DNA of 64,000 nucleotides. Source: Tricharina praecox (taxonomy: Eukaryota). Made by a program: the position numbers and the translations under genes. The notes below the pieces were generated by a model. It was not told the origin of the DNA. It searched no databases and saw nothing but the letters and a program-made list of their open reading frames with translations. The stretch spans positions 62,001 to 126,000 of the forward strand of contig NW_026250430.1 in the NCBI RefSeq assembly GCF_024521635.1, given 5' to 3'. Of the stretch, positions 13,601-24,226 are shown piece after piece (the first letter of the stretch is position 1; each line of letters begins with the position of its first letter).

Positions 13601-16600
13601 GAGCCAGCAGCACCAGCAGCACCAGCAGAGCCAGCAGAGCCAGCAGAGGCCGAGGTCGATCCAGCAGAACTAGCGGAGCCAACAGAACCCGAGGCGGAGC
13701 CAGCAGAACCCGTGTTCGAGCCAGCAGAGCCCCAGCTTCAGCCAGTAGAGCCCGAGGCGGAGCCAGCAGAACTAGCACAGCCAGCAGAGCCCGAGCTTCA
13801 GCCGGTAGAACCAGCAGGGCTAGCGGACCCCGAACCCCAGCCGGTAGAACCAGTAGGGCTAGCAGAGCCCGAGCCTGCACCAGCAGCGCCCGAGCCTGCA
13901 CCAGCAGCGCCCGAGCCTGCACCAGCAGCGCCCGAGCCTGCACCAGCAGCGCCCGAGCCTGCACCAGCAGCGCCCGAACTTGAGCTAGCGGAGCCCAAGC
14001 CCGAGCCCGAGCCAGCAGAGTCAGTAGAACCAGCAGAGCCCAAGCCCCAGCCGGTAGAACCAGCAGGGCTAGCGGACCCCGAGCACGAGCTGGCAAAGCC
14101 CGAGCCAGAGCCAGCAGAGCCCGAACCAGCGCCAATAGTAGCACCTATGCCCGCAGTACCCCCAAAGAGACCTCGTGGACGGCCACCGAAGAAGAAGCGA
14201 CCCATACCTCTGCCTCGATCAGCACCAGCACCAGCACCAGCGCCTGAGCAAGAGCCAGAGCAAGTGCCGGTGCCAGCGATGGAAGAATCGACACTCCCGC
14301 CGCCGCCAAGGACTCGCCGCGCTTCACGATCACAATCAAGGGTCGCACCGGTGCAAGAAGAAGAAACAATCCTTCTCCCACCGCCGCTACACATTCGCTC
14401 TTCACGATCGCAAATATTGACCGGACCAGTGCTAAATGGGGAACTGCCACACTTGCCGCCGCCGCCACGGCCTCGCCGATCTTCGCATTCACAGTCATTG
14501 TCCAGGCTAGTGCTAGAACAGGAACCGACACTCCCGCCTCCGCGGCCACCACCAGCACGCACCCGCCGAGCTTCGCGTTCACAATCATTGACCGGGTCAG
14601 TGTTAGAAGACGAACAGGCACTCCCGCCGCCGCCGACACCACGGACTCGTCGAGCTTCGCGTTCGCAATCAAAGACTGCCGCCGAGAATCCCAAAACAGC
14701 GGATGAAAAGGAGTCCGATGAGAGAAAGCGGCTGACTGCGTCTCCGACCAAACAGCTCCTGCAAGAAGCAGCGAGTGAGCCGGTGGGGCTTGCACCTGAG
14801 ATAGAAGGTGGAGAGAATGAGAAAGTGGCCGTCGAGACTCCAGGTGAGGAGGAGGAGGGGCAGGGGGAGGTTGTTCCAAAGGAATCAAGCCCAGAGAGAG
14901 AGAAGGAGAAGGCGACAGGGGAAGAAAAGGATGTTAAATCCCTGCCCATTCCAGCAGTGGATGTACCCCACGAGGAGGTACCCAAGGAGAAAAAGAACGA
15001 CGAGAATAATCCTGGGGACGCAGCCGCATTTCGAAATGCCATGGGCGAGATTGGCGCATCCGTGAAGACAGCGGAGGACGAATCTCAGCCTCGCCCTAAG
15101 AAAGTTGTTAGATTTAAGTTGCCTAGCAAGTTTCTGGCCAGCCTCGATGATCTTCCCCCGCTAGCCGATCCGGAGAGTTCTAGAGAGGAGAGTTCTAAAG
15201 AGGGGATGTTGGAAAAGCCGGAAGATTTGCTTATGGCTGACGAGCAGGCGAAAGCTGTGGCTGCGGCACGCCACCTCCTGAGTCTCTCTGGCCGACAATA
15301 TCTTGCCTCTCGGCCGCCTCCGAAAAGACTTCCTACTAAGCATGAGAAGTCTACTATTTGTCCGGTTTGTCAGATCACGCTGTTTGAGATCAAGAGGAAG
15401 AGGGGATTTCCACCGGACTCAAATGATACTCAGCTTGCGGCGCATGTGGAGAGCTGTCTAGATTCTCGGCCGCGACAATGGGGCAATGATGATGGAGACG
15501 ACAATACGCCGCTACGTGGGGAATCTTCGGACGAAGACGACGATCCTGAGAGTGCATCAGAGACTAGGGAGAGCCAGAATCCCCCAAAGATTCATCTACC
15601 TTCCTACCTCCAGAAGGGTGAAGTTACGGGAGAGATATCGCTTTTTGCGCCATTGGTGCCCGTCACCGAATTCACGAAACTCTTCAATGACCCGAACCTG
15701 ACCGCAGGACAAGTCCTCGCGGTCGAGGAATCACTGGTCTTCGCCATGGCGGAAGCACAGCGGGAGTGGCAGGAGCTGGAACAGCTGGCACTGGAACACG
15801 AGAAGGCAGCGAAGACGGAAGCGAAGATGGAAGCGCAGAGCCTCGGAACATTTGCTGCCCCCGACAAGCGCAGACCCGGCAAGCGTAAGGCCGCCTTTAT
15901 CCCCAACCGGCGGGGCCCCCTGGAGCCCGAAGACCCAGTCGTGTACGAAGACAAGAAGGAAGCCCTCCTTTACGGCTTCGAATACGATCCCAATCCCGCC
16001 AAGCGTGGAAGGCAAGACCCGATCGGCCAACGGTCTACGGGCGGCTCGCGGCGCTCCGGTCTTCGGAGTCGCAACCAGTGGTTCGACCTCAAGGTCGTGC
16101 CTGGCTACGAGACACCCACCAAGGCGCAGGACGTGGAGCCGAAGTCACTGCGCAACCGGGAGCGTGCCGCCGATCGCCCCGCGACGAATACTCCCGTGAC
16201 GCCTGCCTTCCCCGCCCCCCGCAAGTCAAGGACTACAACTGCAGCGAACAGTCGCCATGCCACTCCCGTGACCGCCCCGCCTCCAACCGCAGCGCCAGTA
16301 CTTGCTGCAACCGGCCTCCCAGCCAAACGTGGTCCCGGCCGCCCACGAAAAGACGGTCGACCTCCCGGCTCTGTCCCCGGCCCATCCCGCGCCACCACTC
16401 GGCCCGCCACGCCCATCACCCCCGCAGCGCCCATCGTGCCCGTCGCCGCCACCCCACCACCTCCGCCTGCACCACCGGCTTCCGCCCCCGCCACTGCTCC
16501 AACTCCCGCACCCGCACCACGCAAGCGCGGCCGCCCCAAGAAAGAAGCACCCGCCGCCTTGCCTCCAGCCAAGCGGCTGAATCTCTCGCCCGCCTCTGTC

Positions 16601-16954
16601 GCTGCACCAGCACCAGCACCGGTTTTCGCTGCGGCACCCGTGCTCGCGCACGCGCATGCGCAGAATGCTCAGCCTGCTCAGCCCGAGCAAGTCCGCTCGG
16701 GCCTGAAGATTCGGATCACGGCGGCGGCTGCCACGGCGGCTGCGAATGCCGAGAGCGAGCGGGACAAGATGACGGCCGAGGAGGAGTTCAAGGCTGCGCA
16801 GAACGCGGACCTGGGGAAGAGGAAGCGCAAGTCCACTATTCCGGAAGATGAGGGGGAGGGACTGGGGCAGGGACACGAGAGGGGACACGAGAGGGAGAAG
16901 GAGTGGAAGAGGGGGAGGGGCGAGAGGGGGAGTAGTAGTGTTTCGAGGAAGTAG
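10640..16954 (+). CDS. 2104-aa intrinsically disordered Pro/Glu-rich nuclear protein with AT-hooks and a UBZ-like Zn finger
   Basis: Single 6.3 kb ORF. Start placed at MAPKKR because 10548..10628 is a GTATGT...CTAAG...CAG intron. AT-hooks: KRGRGRPKK, KRPRGRPPK, KRGPGRPRK, RKRGRPKK. CPVC-x24-H-x3-C at ~15358-15456. Globular-looking block PEDPVVYEDKKEALLYGF near 15930-15980. Confidence 0.85.
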   Translation: MAPKKRPSLKKTYQTNKTVVPSSSTSPAPTAPLLPLSTYRPIAPAPPRPVQTTPNFIPSLTVQSGPRSAIVIPESPTPEPGIPTDEPSTPPFRVRSPGPLELARQKAWGPDNVLAMADKILHKAMDSTIVEGPVLPHREPLGYKNGQPYYHKARGRGRNEEGAWVDTTEVTSSPMAPASPASDVSGEFVQRFSPTPRRGRWSLSLPAEDFVSSSQEENEEDEQDEEDEEEEQEEEISHQQFSPSPVLEAVAYQHYSSPPPTSEEVAHPRSSPSPVSEEVVPHLPSPPPASGEVAPPRSSPSPVSEEVAPPRFSPPPALEEVAPPRDSPPPAPEEAVPPRFLPPPAPEEVVPPRFSPPLALGGFVHQHRPPPPPPPPAAFREIQSAALAPHVLVPVVARPATPTPASTPASVPAPLAAPFSAPIAVPVPAPFSASIAAPALASVPIPVPAPIPVPAPIPVSAPVPAPVPAPVPAPVSAPILAPIPAPVSTSTSAPAPAPAPAPSPASPSIPSSHPAVQRRHRKRKVDDLTIDFLPSALPPPPAPTGGRPKRRAAMKARELLTATAPLTRESRSSSLEMEDSDRERSRSVEAQGPAEIPATPASAHPRERTMTAEQERPSEEMSVEEMSANRGRPRSVQARRYSGLQEKPVVHSDRSETAQQDVPVSELPALSGNSGSTGGYRDAEVHVQEKLPTLRGRSRHAGTQQPSPQSMAPVKAPAPSGPTPVKRGRGRPKKIRPEASLPPAPAPAPAEAADEIPEQQLVPESALDVAPQPAADIASELTFMHGPAHDPAPGVVPELASEVVPKVVYAREVAPEPVPEPEPALEEAREPEMVPEPEFVPGLVLMPEPAPEVVPLHAPGAVPELVFMPEPAPEVVSEPEMVFEPEVVPELVLMPEPAPEVVPLPAPEVVPEPVFMPKPTPEAAPLPAPEVVSQITTEPALECALEAAFEPKPAEPESAEPELEPAESTEPESEPVEPVVELAEPVVEPAAPAAPAEPAEPAEAEVDPAELAEPTEPEAEPAEPVFEPAEPQLQPVEPEAEPAELAQPAEPELQPVEPAGLADPEPQPVEPVGLAEPEPAPAAPEPAPAAPEPAPAAPEPAPAAPEPAPAAPELELAEPKPEPEPAESVEPAEPKPQPVEPAGLADPEHELAKPEPEPAEPEPAPIVAPMPAVPPKRPRGRPPKKKRPIPLPRSAPAPAPAPEQEPEQVPVPAMEESTLPPPPRTRRASRSQSRVAPVQEEETILLPPPLHIRSSRSQILTGPVLNGELPHLPPPPRPRRSSHSQSLSRLVLEQEPTLPPPRPPPARTRRASRSQSLTGSVLEDEQALPPPPTPRTRRASRSQSKTAAENPKTADEKESDERKRLTASPTKQLLQEAASEPVGLAPEIEGGENEKVAVETPGEEEEGQGEVVPKESSPEREKEKATGEEKDVKSLPIPAVDVPHEEVPKEKKNDENNPGDAAAFRNAMGEIGASVKTAEDESQPRPKKVVRFKLPSKFLASLDDLPPLADPESSREESSKEGMLEKPEDLLMADEQAKAVAAARHLLSLSGRQYLASRPPPKRLPTKHEKSTICPVCQITLFEIKRKRGFPPDSNDTQLAAHVESCLDSRPRQWGNDDGDDNTPLRGESSDEDDDPESASETRESQNPPKIHLPSYLQKGEVTGEISLFAPLVPVTEFTKLFNDPNLTAGQVLAVEESLVFAMAEAQREWQELEQLALEHEKAAKTEAKMEAQSLGTFAAPDKRRPGKRKAAFIPNRRGPLEPEDPVVYEDKKEALLYGFEYDPNPAKRGRQDPIGQRSTGGSRRSGLRSRNQWFDLKVVPGYETPTKAQDVEPKSLRNRERAADRPATNTPVTPAFPAPRKSRTTTAANSRHATPVTAPPPTAAPVLAATGLPAKRGPGRPRKDGRPPGSVPGPSRATTRPATPITPAAPIVPVAATPPPPPAPPASAPATAPTPAPAPRKRGRPKKEAPAALPPAKRLNLSPASVAAPAPAPVFAAAPVLAHAHAQNAQPAQPEQVRSGLKIRITAAAATAAANAESERDKMTAEEEFKAAQNADLGKRKRKSTIPEDEGEGLGQGHERGHEREKEWKRGRGERGSSSVSRK
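11420..11715 (+). repeat. Coding minisatellite, ~39-nt unit (EEVAPPRFSPPPA), about 7 degenerate copies
   Basis: Recurrent CAGAAGAGGTCGCTCC...CGATT...CC units visible in both DNA and protein. Confidence 0.8.
13868..13972 (+). repeat. Perfect coding tandem repeat, 21 nt x5 (CCCGAGCCTGCACCAGCAGCG; PEPAPAA)
   Basis: Five identical copies starting at 13868, 13889, 13910, 13931 and 13952. Confidence 0.95.
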
Positions 16955-18164
16955 GGATGAGAGGGGGGGGGGGGTGGGGAGACGTTTTTTTTGTGGGGCA
17001 CTGGCACATCGTTACCGTAGGATTTTACTATTCTGTACTTCACTTTCATTTTCACTTTCACCTCTCTTGGGGGTTTTTTTCTTTCTTTATGGGGTTTTAT
17101 ACATCTCTTTTTTCCTTTCCTTTTCTTCTCGAGAGCCGGAGTAAAGTAGATGTTTCTTTCAAGTTTCTTTCAAGTTTCTGTGCGGTTCTGTGTGGTGCTC
17201 CTATTTTGTATGCTCCTGTTGTATAGCGATAATTACGGGGCGAGAGGGGAAGGCGTTTTGATTTTGATTTTAATTTTTTTAATCACAATTCATAGAAGTA
17301 AATCGTTTTTTTGGCGATTGATGATAAGTTACGGGTATGATAGGGCAGCTCTGTGATGAACCGTATGGGGCCCGTGGATTCGGATGTAGACCACTCCCGG
17401 GTGTCCACGAAATCCACGAGATTGGTGGTTGGTTGTTGGTGGTTGTGGTTGGTTGGTGGTTGTTGGATGGGATGGAGGGAAGTTGGCGGCTGCGGGCTGG
17501 AGGCTGCGAAGTGGGAGATGTCACTGCAGGGTTGGGGATTGGATGGATAGATCGACGGTTGATAGTTGACAGTTGACAGTTGACAGTTCACGAGTCCTCG
17601 AGGAGAAGATCTGCGGTTCTGGCGGTACAATATTCAGAGCAGGGTACCTATCCTACTCGGGTATCCACAAGTGAAAGTAAACATCAAGATGCGGAGTCGG
17701 TGTCGGAGGAGTATGGAGTAAACTCATGCCAAACTGAATATAACTGCCATTGTCGTCACTAACTATCATTATAACTCGGTAAACAAGTAAATACGGTCCC
17801 ATCGATGCGTTCCTCCCTGCTCCCTGACACCTGTCCCGTCCATCATCAATATCTACGGTAGGTACCTCCTCTTTCCATCCTGCTCAGAGTTCAAACGAGA
17901 TCGACTTCCCCCTCTCCCTCCCCTCCCTCCCTCCCTCCCTCCCTCCCTCCCTCGTGGTTGTAGACAGTCGTAAGCATGGTAGAGTAGGTAGTAGAGAGAC
18001 ATAACAGACATAATAGCCATGTGTAGCCGTAACTAAGCATAGAGACATAATAGGTAGACATAATAGTAGACATGTGTAGCGTGAACATTATCATCATCAG
18101 TATCATCAGTATAGCATCATGAACATCAACATCAACATCGTGACTCCATCCATCCATCTCTCGC

Positions 18165-18266
18165 CCATATCCACATCCACAGCCATATCCACAGCCATAT
18201 CCACACCTAATCCACAGCCATATCCACAGCCATATCCACACCTAATCCACAGCCATATCCACATCC
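18165..18266. repeat. Intergenic minisatellite, 12-nt unit (CATATCCACAGC) with CACCTAATC variants
   Basis: Tandem ATATCCACAGCC units with a higher-order 36-nt period. Confidence 0.85.
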
Positions 18267-18529
18267 AGAAACCGCCGGTGCACTATCGACAACCCCCCTC
18301 CCTCGTTCATAAACCCTATCACATCCTAGACCAGAATAAACCCGAAAACAAACCAAGACCAGCTCAATATCAATGCAATCGCTAAATCCCACACCTGCCA
18401 TACCATAAAAACCCAAATCCAAAAACACTTCCATTCGCCGCACCGAAATCGCAAATTCACAAAGACACAAACGCACACAAAATCATCACGCTAGTTAACA
18501 TAAACCTAGAATCATCAAATCAAACCAAA

Positions 18530-20149
18530 TCACAGCGTAGTCCTCATGCTGGGTGCATGACCCTCGACGGCACCAGCAGTCTTTGGCCTGTGCGGCTCGC
18601 GCTCGCTGTTCCCGGCCTCCTTCGCCGTGCCGCTGCGTCTCAGCTTCTTCCCAAGCACCGCATCGCCGATCCTTTTCCAGCCAACAAACTCGATAACGAA
18701 TTTAGTGCCCTTGATGCGCTTCGCATTTCTATTCCCTGTGGAAGCTCTCGCGATTTGCGGGCGCGCAGTTGGGGCGAGGTCCTCGGAGAACCGCGAGTTC
18801 TCCGGCAGCGCAAGGTCCTCTACCGATGAGGTGGGGGATGCGCCGTTCTTCGGTCGCCACCACGGGTGCAGTTTGCTCTCGCGGACTTTTTCGGGGATGC
18901 CGGCGATTGAGGGGCGCGTGGGCGCGCTGGTTTCAGTGGTGGCGGCGGCGGCGGTGGTGGTGGTGGTGCTGTCGAGTGCTTCGTTTTCGGGAATCGACTC
19001 GGCCCGGCCGGCAGTGGGAATGCCGGTATTGCGACGCGAGATCGGACGGGATCCGAGGGAACCGGGGTGGCCGAGTTGCTTCTCCTTCTCGGCGCTGGAG
19101 GAGAGCGCGAGAGGCGTGGCGGGGATGAGGGCTAGTGAGGGCGCGATGGTGGGCGCAGTGGAGTCTGCGGGCGGTGAGTAGATCAGTATCACGCGCTTCG
19201 TTTCCTCCTCTGTGCGTGTAGTTGTTGTGGTGGCGAAGGTTGGAGATGGCGGCTCCACGAGCGGAGTTTCGACTGCGTCGAGGAAGATTTCATCGCCGCT
19301 GGAGGAGGAGGTGTTCGAAGGCGCTGGGGAGGGGACGGGAGAGGGTACTGGAGAGGCGACGGCAGAGGCGTCGTGAGAGGCGACGGGAGAGGTGACATAA
19401 GAGGCAACGGGCGAGGGAGAGGAGGGCGTGTCCAATATCGCGGGCTCACTTAGGCCTCTATCGTCCGGGGTGTCCTGCTCTTCGTTCCTATCAACCACGC
19501 TGGTGGTCGTTCCGGTTGTGGTGGTGGTGGTATAGAGCACGCTATCCGGCCTCTCGGAAACAAAACTGCTCGCGCGCGTAGCCCACGGTGTAACCCTCTT
19601 CCCATCCCTCTTGACGACCCTGAGCCTCTCCCTCTTCTCTCCTTCCTCCTCTTCCTCGTCCTCCTCGTCGTTCTCATCGTCAAGCGCGATCCCCTCATCC
19701 TCGTCATCGGTACTAGCCGCGACACTGTCGGTATCATCCAGCTCTTCCTCGCGTCTGACCACCTCCTCGAAACCAATGACCCTTCCCAATCCCGAACTTC
19801 GCAGCGGCACACCTCCGCCCGAGTCCGGCCTCGACAACGGCTCATGCTCAGCGAAGAGCGCAGTCCCATTCAACACGTCTGCTCTCCTTCGTTCATCCTC
19901 GAAGAAAGCGCTCTTCGGCGAGCTCCTTAGCTGGCGCGGGTGGTGCAGGTGTGCGGAGCCTCTCCTCGGCGCGGGAGTGGCGGGAGCGACGACGGTGGTC
20001 GAGATGGGAGCTCCACCGCCGCCGGCGATGTTGCCGCGGATCCGCCGTAGCCCGCGCGGCGGACTGTCGCCCGACGAACTCCGGCTGTGCTTGCGAGAGG
20101 TCGGCGGCGTGCTGGGGATTAGATGCGTGTAGAGTGTTACGTGCGACAT
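18530..20149 (-). CDS. Uncharacterised low-complexity fungal protein, ~539 aa (acidic and S/T/P-rich; KLHPWWRP motif)
   Basis: Long open ORF with GC-rich third codon positions. Likely start is MSHVTL at 20149 in an ACAATG context. The short C-terminal SKLHPWWRPK motif resembles one I recall from Pezizomycotina hypothetical proteins. Confidence 0.75.
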   Translation of the reverse strand: MSHVTLYTHLIPSTPPTSRKHSRSSSGDSPPRGLRRIRGNIAGGGGAPISTTVVAPATPAPRRGSAHLHHPRQLRSSPKSAFFEDERRRADVLNGTALFAEHEPLSRPDSGGGVPLRSSGLGRVIGFEEVVRREEELDDTDSVAASTDDEDEGIALDDENDEEDEEEEEGEKRERLRVVKRDGKRVTPWATRASSFVSERPDSVLYTTTTTTGTTTSVVDRNEEQDTPDDRGLSEPAILDTPSSPSPVASYVTSPVASHDASAVASPVPSPVPSPAPSNTSSSSGDEIFLDAVETPLVEPPSPTFATTTTTRTEEETKRVILIYSPPADSTAPTIAPSLALIPATPLALSSSAEKEKQLGHPGSLGSRPISRRNTGIPTAGRAESIPENEALDSTTTTTAAAATTETSAPTRPSIAGIPEKVRESKLHPWWRPKNGASPTSSVEDLALPENSRFSEDLAPTARPQIARASTGNRNAKRIKGTKFVIEFVGWKRIGDAVLGKKLRRSGTAKEAGNSEREPHRPKTAGAVEGHAPSMRTTL

Positions 20150-23100
20150 TGTTGTTCTGTGCGGGCGGTGGTGGGCATAAGTGAAAGCGGAGGTGAGAAG
20201 TTGTTGGCGAGGGACGTGGCGGATAACGAGAGAGGTGCTGTTGCTGCTGGTGGGTGGAGACTCTGGAGAGGAGGCAGGGATCGATCCCACCCCCCTCCCC
20301 CCCCCCCATGCTGGCCAATACAAAGCCAAAGCAGGTTTCCGGGTTTTGTATGGCCCAGAAGAAAAGAGTTGGTTTTTTTTTCTTTGCGTGCAGCTGCTAT
20401 ATTAATCTGCGGACATCGGCAGCCTCATATCAGAGTTACAAGAGTCTCGAGAACTTATCTACTGATACAAATCCTCGTGGCGACAGATTCGACCCCCCCT
20501 TCTGGACCCTTGGCAATAGACACCGGCCTTTCTGCCCCTCGATTACGGAAAGGGCAGAATGGTAGACTATCGTTCCCTGCATAGATTTCTTTCTCTCATA
20601 ACTACGATACACTCTAAATCACGCTGCTGTAAGGTTGGGGATTATTGAAAGGCGGAGTGAGGTGTGTGGTGCCTCAACTCTCGAGTCTCGACGCCACCGG
20701 CAAACGGGCCCCGCCTTGAGAATCAGTACATGCCATATGTACCGTACCGTACCTCGACGTCTCCAGATGCCACGGGCCCATGGGAATAGTTGCGAGCGTC
20801 TTCTTGTCTGGCAGGATGCGACGGAATCATGCAGTCGCAGCCGTTCGAGTGTAGACGGTAACTCTCGCCAGTATGTATCTACCCAGTACTATGAGAGTTA
20901 CATCCCACCGCCGCCCAGTGCCCACGACCGAAGTCCAACTCGGAGGACTATCACCCACCACATCGGAAGGACACAAGAGTCAAGACGCCCATCATCGCTG
21001 CTGAATACTCTAGAGTGGCCAAGTAATCGGCATCGACTATGAAGCTCAAAGGGGCAGGCTCGCAGGCCTTGACTCTTGGTAGATAATAGGTGTGCATATC
21101 ATTTAAACAAGAAACATGTCGCCACGTGCAACCGTCAACGCCGTTTGGAGCTGGCTTGGGGGTGGGGAATGCTATTACTATACCTATACCAAGTACGTAC
21201 CTGCTTCGGAACTGAAGGGCGGTAAAATACACGGCTATTCGTCTCGATTGTTTAAGGCCATGAAGGAAACAATGTGCCTACGTAGACGATGAACCGACCC
21301 TCTTTGTCGTGCGGTCGCAACGCACCGTATGATACAGCAGATGGCTGCATACTTACTTGGTAGGTAGGCAGTGAGACATGTGCGGCCACATAACTCTGCA
21401 AAGCACGGAGAACAGCATTGCACTTCGGACAACGATACCAACGTTGGAAGGAATGGCCTACCTAGGTATCGAGTGATACTTGCAACCACCGATACGGCAG
21501 TAGATACCAGGACCAGGACTCTGGAGAAACATCGAGTGATGGGTTGGGATATATCTACATACCTCTACTTGACTTCTACGAGGGGATCTGTCTAAGACTG
21601 CAGCCAGATCCTCCGCCGAGTTCCAGCTTCCCAGCGTCCCAGTCTCACCCAGGCGGTAATAGGTAGCTTTACGGTTACGGAGAAAGCTAACATACACAGA
21701 TATGACCCCATTTCGGGGTGGAGAAGTTGTACATACAAACAGCTGGACAGAAGCTCCGAAATCGAGCACCACCGTGGGTCTTCGAAAGGAATCCATACCT
21801 ACAGAGCAAGATCACAGCCACTGCCGCACACCGCACCAGAAAATGGAGAACCACCACCGCGAGTTTCTTCGTCTTCATCCACATATTCGTGCACCGTGCC
21901 CGTTATCTAAACCCAAACGTGACATAGGGTAGCACCTACGGCATTCCACGGCCTCGCGAGTCGCAAGTGCGACGGATGATCTCCGGCGGGAGGCGGCATC
22001 GGCAAAGCTGGCAGGGATTACGAAGAACGGGCACCAAGCCATCTGACATAGCGCCGACCTTGCTCGAACTTCAAAGATTTCTGCGGGTTCTCAGTGGCCG
22101 TCCCCCCCAAGTCCCTTCCAATCGATACGGCCACCGAACAGGAGCAGGTCTGGGAGAAAATAGCGGCTCGGATCGAACAGTTTGGACGCTCTTCCAGATA
22201 CCGGTAACTATTGAGCGTCGAAAGAGGGTTTCTTGATATGTAACTAACCGGAGCCCCGCTTCTTGACACCGTAGTTACTCTAGTGCCATGTACCTACGGC
22301 AAGAGCTATGCTCCAGTTATCTACATAAGTACAGTACAGTTCTCACGAGTGCTCCGCTGTGACAGCTGTCCTGCAGACGGGGACGGGGACGGGGATGGCC
22401 ATTCCTGCCGAGGACATACCTTCTCGCATCCAGTACCGTTAACTGGCATGTGGACCGCAACCAGTATTTACGAATGCGATATCTAGCCCTGGGCGAGCCA
22501 GTACAGTTCCAGTATGTAGCCATCGCCCTGCCCGCATCACCCATCACCCATCACCCATCGTCCGTCGTCCATCAGCCGAGTGAACGCAATAGGCAGTCGC
22601 TCCCCTTAGCATATCATACATGTAGATAACTGCCGGAATGTACCGGTACTGGCACAGGCAGTCAAGCTGTCAGAAACTGTGCTGGACCAGGACAAGTCAC
22701 AACGTGTATTTAACCTATCCATCACGGAAACGGTGATGGAGCAGTGATGGAGCGAGCGAGATCTCCGGATCTGCCAGCACGCACGGTCAACTTATGCACG
22801 CCATACTAGTATGTAACTCCTACCGGTATGTCCCATGCACGAATGGACGAAACGGTCGCTTATGTACGCACGAGTACATAGCAACGCGATCCTCGTAAAT
22901 CCGTGTCCGTATCCGGGTGCGGCAAAAAGACTCGCGGCCGCTTCCCAAAGCAAAGCAAAGCAAACCTCCAGAGTCCAAGAAGAGGGGTGGTTCGGTGCGC
23001 AGAGTTGAGTACACATCACCTCCCCCGCCCCGCCTCAAACCTCTCAACAAGTATCACGAAACTTCGTCGAAAAAAACAAAATGTGGCGATACCAACGGGA

Positions 23101-23484
23101 CAACAACTTTCAGAGCCCGTAGGCATCAAGAAGTGTTCTTAGGAGCACGCTATACCAGCGCTCGTGCGAACACGAGCACCTATCGATATTCCCTCTCCCC
23201 GGCCGTATGCTTTAGAGCACGTTCAACCGCCGCTCGTCGGAGAGAAAGCGAGCGACGACCAAATTTCTTGACACGGGTACAACTTTCTGAAGAGCTCAGA
23301 GGGGTGCGGGGGAGGACAGGCTTATATCCTGCCTGTCGGCGAAAATGGGTTGGCTTGGCTGGCAGGGAAGGGAACTAAGCTAAGCTAAAGCTAAATGGGA
23401 ACAGGGATAGGTAGGAAAACAAGGTTGGCGACGGTGGCGGTCGAGTGAGAGTGAGATGATGTGATGTGAACCACAAGCAAAGCT

Positions 23485-24226
23485 TCAGGCAAGTCCTCCC
23501 AACAAGCCTCCCAGCAACCCGCCCAGTCCCAGTCCATTAAGGAAGCCCAATGACCCGCCGCCACCGGCCAACAGCCCACCAAGCAGCCCGCCGAGAAGAT
23601 TCCCGCCCCCGAGCCCGAGAAGACACGATACCAGCTCCAGCAGGGACGTGATCAGATCGCCGCACAGGAGCTTGAGGAGGACCATGACCAGGCCTCCCAG
23701 GCCGACTGTTCACACCATCATCAGCCCACGCCCACCCCTCCCCTTCCCCCAGAGCAGAGAACACTTACGCAACCCGCTACACTTCCCACTAAGCGACAGC
23801 AGCGTGTAGTTGATTTCCCCAAGCAGCTGAAACAGCAGCTTACTCAGCCCCGCGAGGTCCAAAATATCGCACTTATCCTTCCCGGTGCACTGGCCGGTCA
23901 CGGCAGAGACTATCGTCTTGATCTCGCGCGTGTACGCGGTAATGTCCGCGAACGTCACCTTCACAGTCGCGTTGTACTTCTTGTCGACCTTCTCGATCTC
24001 CTGCAGAAGGTTGGCCACCAGGATGTCCGCGTGCTTGAGCGCGGCGACGGCGTTGGTCGCGGTTTCGGAATGCGAAGCGGTGGGGGCCGCGTCTGCGGGG
24101 GGTTAGCGGGGACCTTGGGCGGGGGAAGGGGGGGTGATGCGTACCGGCCGTAATGGCTAGGAGCCCGAAAAGGGTGAAGATGATGGCGAGGAGGAAACTG
24201 GGGATGTTGAGGCTGATGGTCTTCAT
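23485..24226 (-). CDS. Small secreted protein, 208 aa, helical core with Gly/Leu-rich C-terminal tail
   Basis: Exons 24226-24145, 24092-23769 and 23705-23485 join in frame (627 nt) with canonical GTACGC/GTAAGT donors and CTAAC/CTGAT branches. Hydrophobic signal peptide ends near ITADA|AP. The protein has 5 Cys and a GGLLGGLL-repeat tail. Confidence 0.85.

Noticed and set aside
11181..15042. Long antisense ORFs (321, 253, 414 and 247 aa)
   Set aside because: Shadows of the GC-rich repetitive sense CDS.
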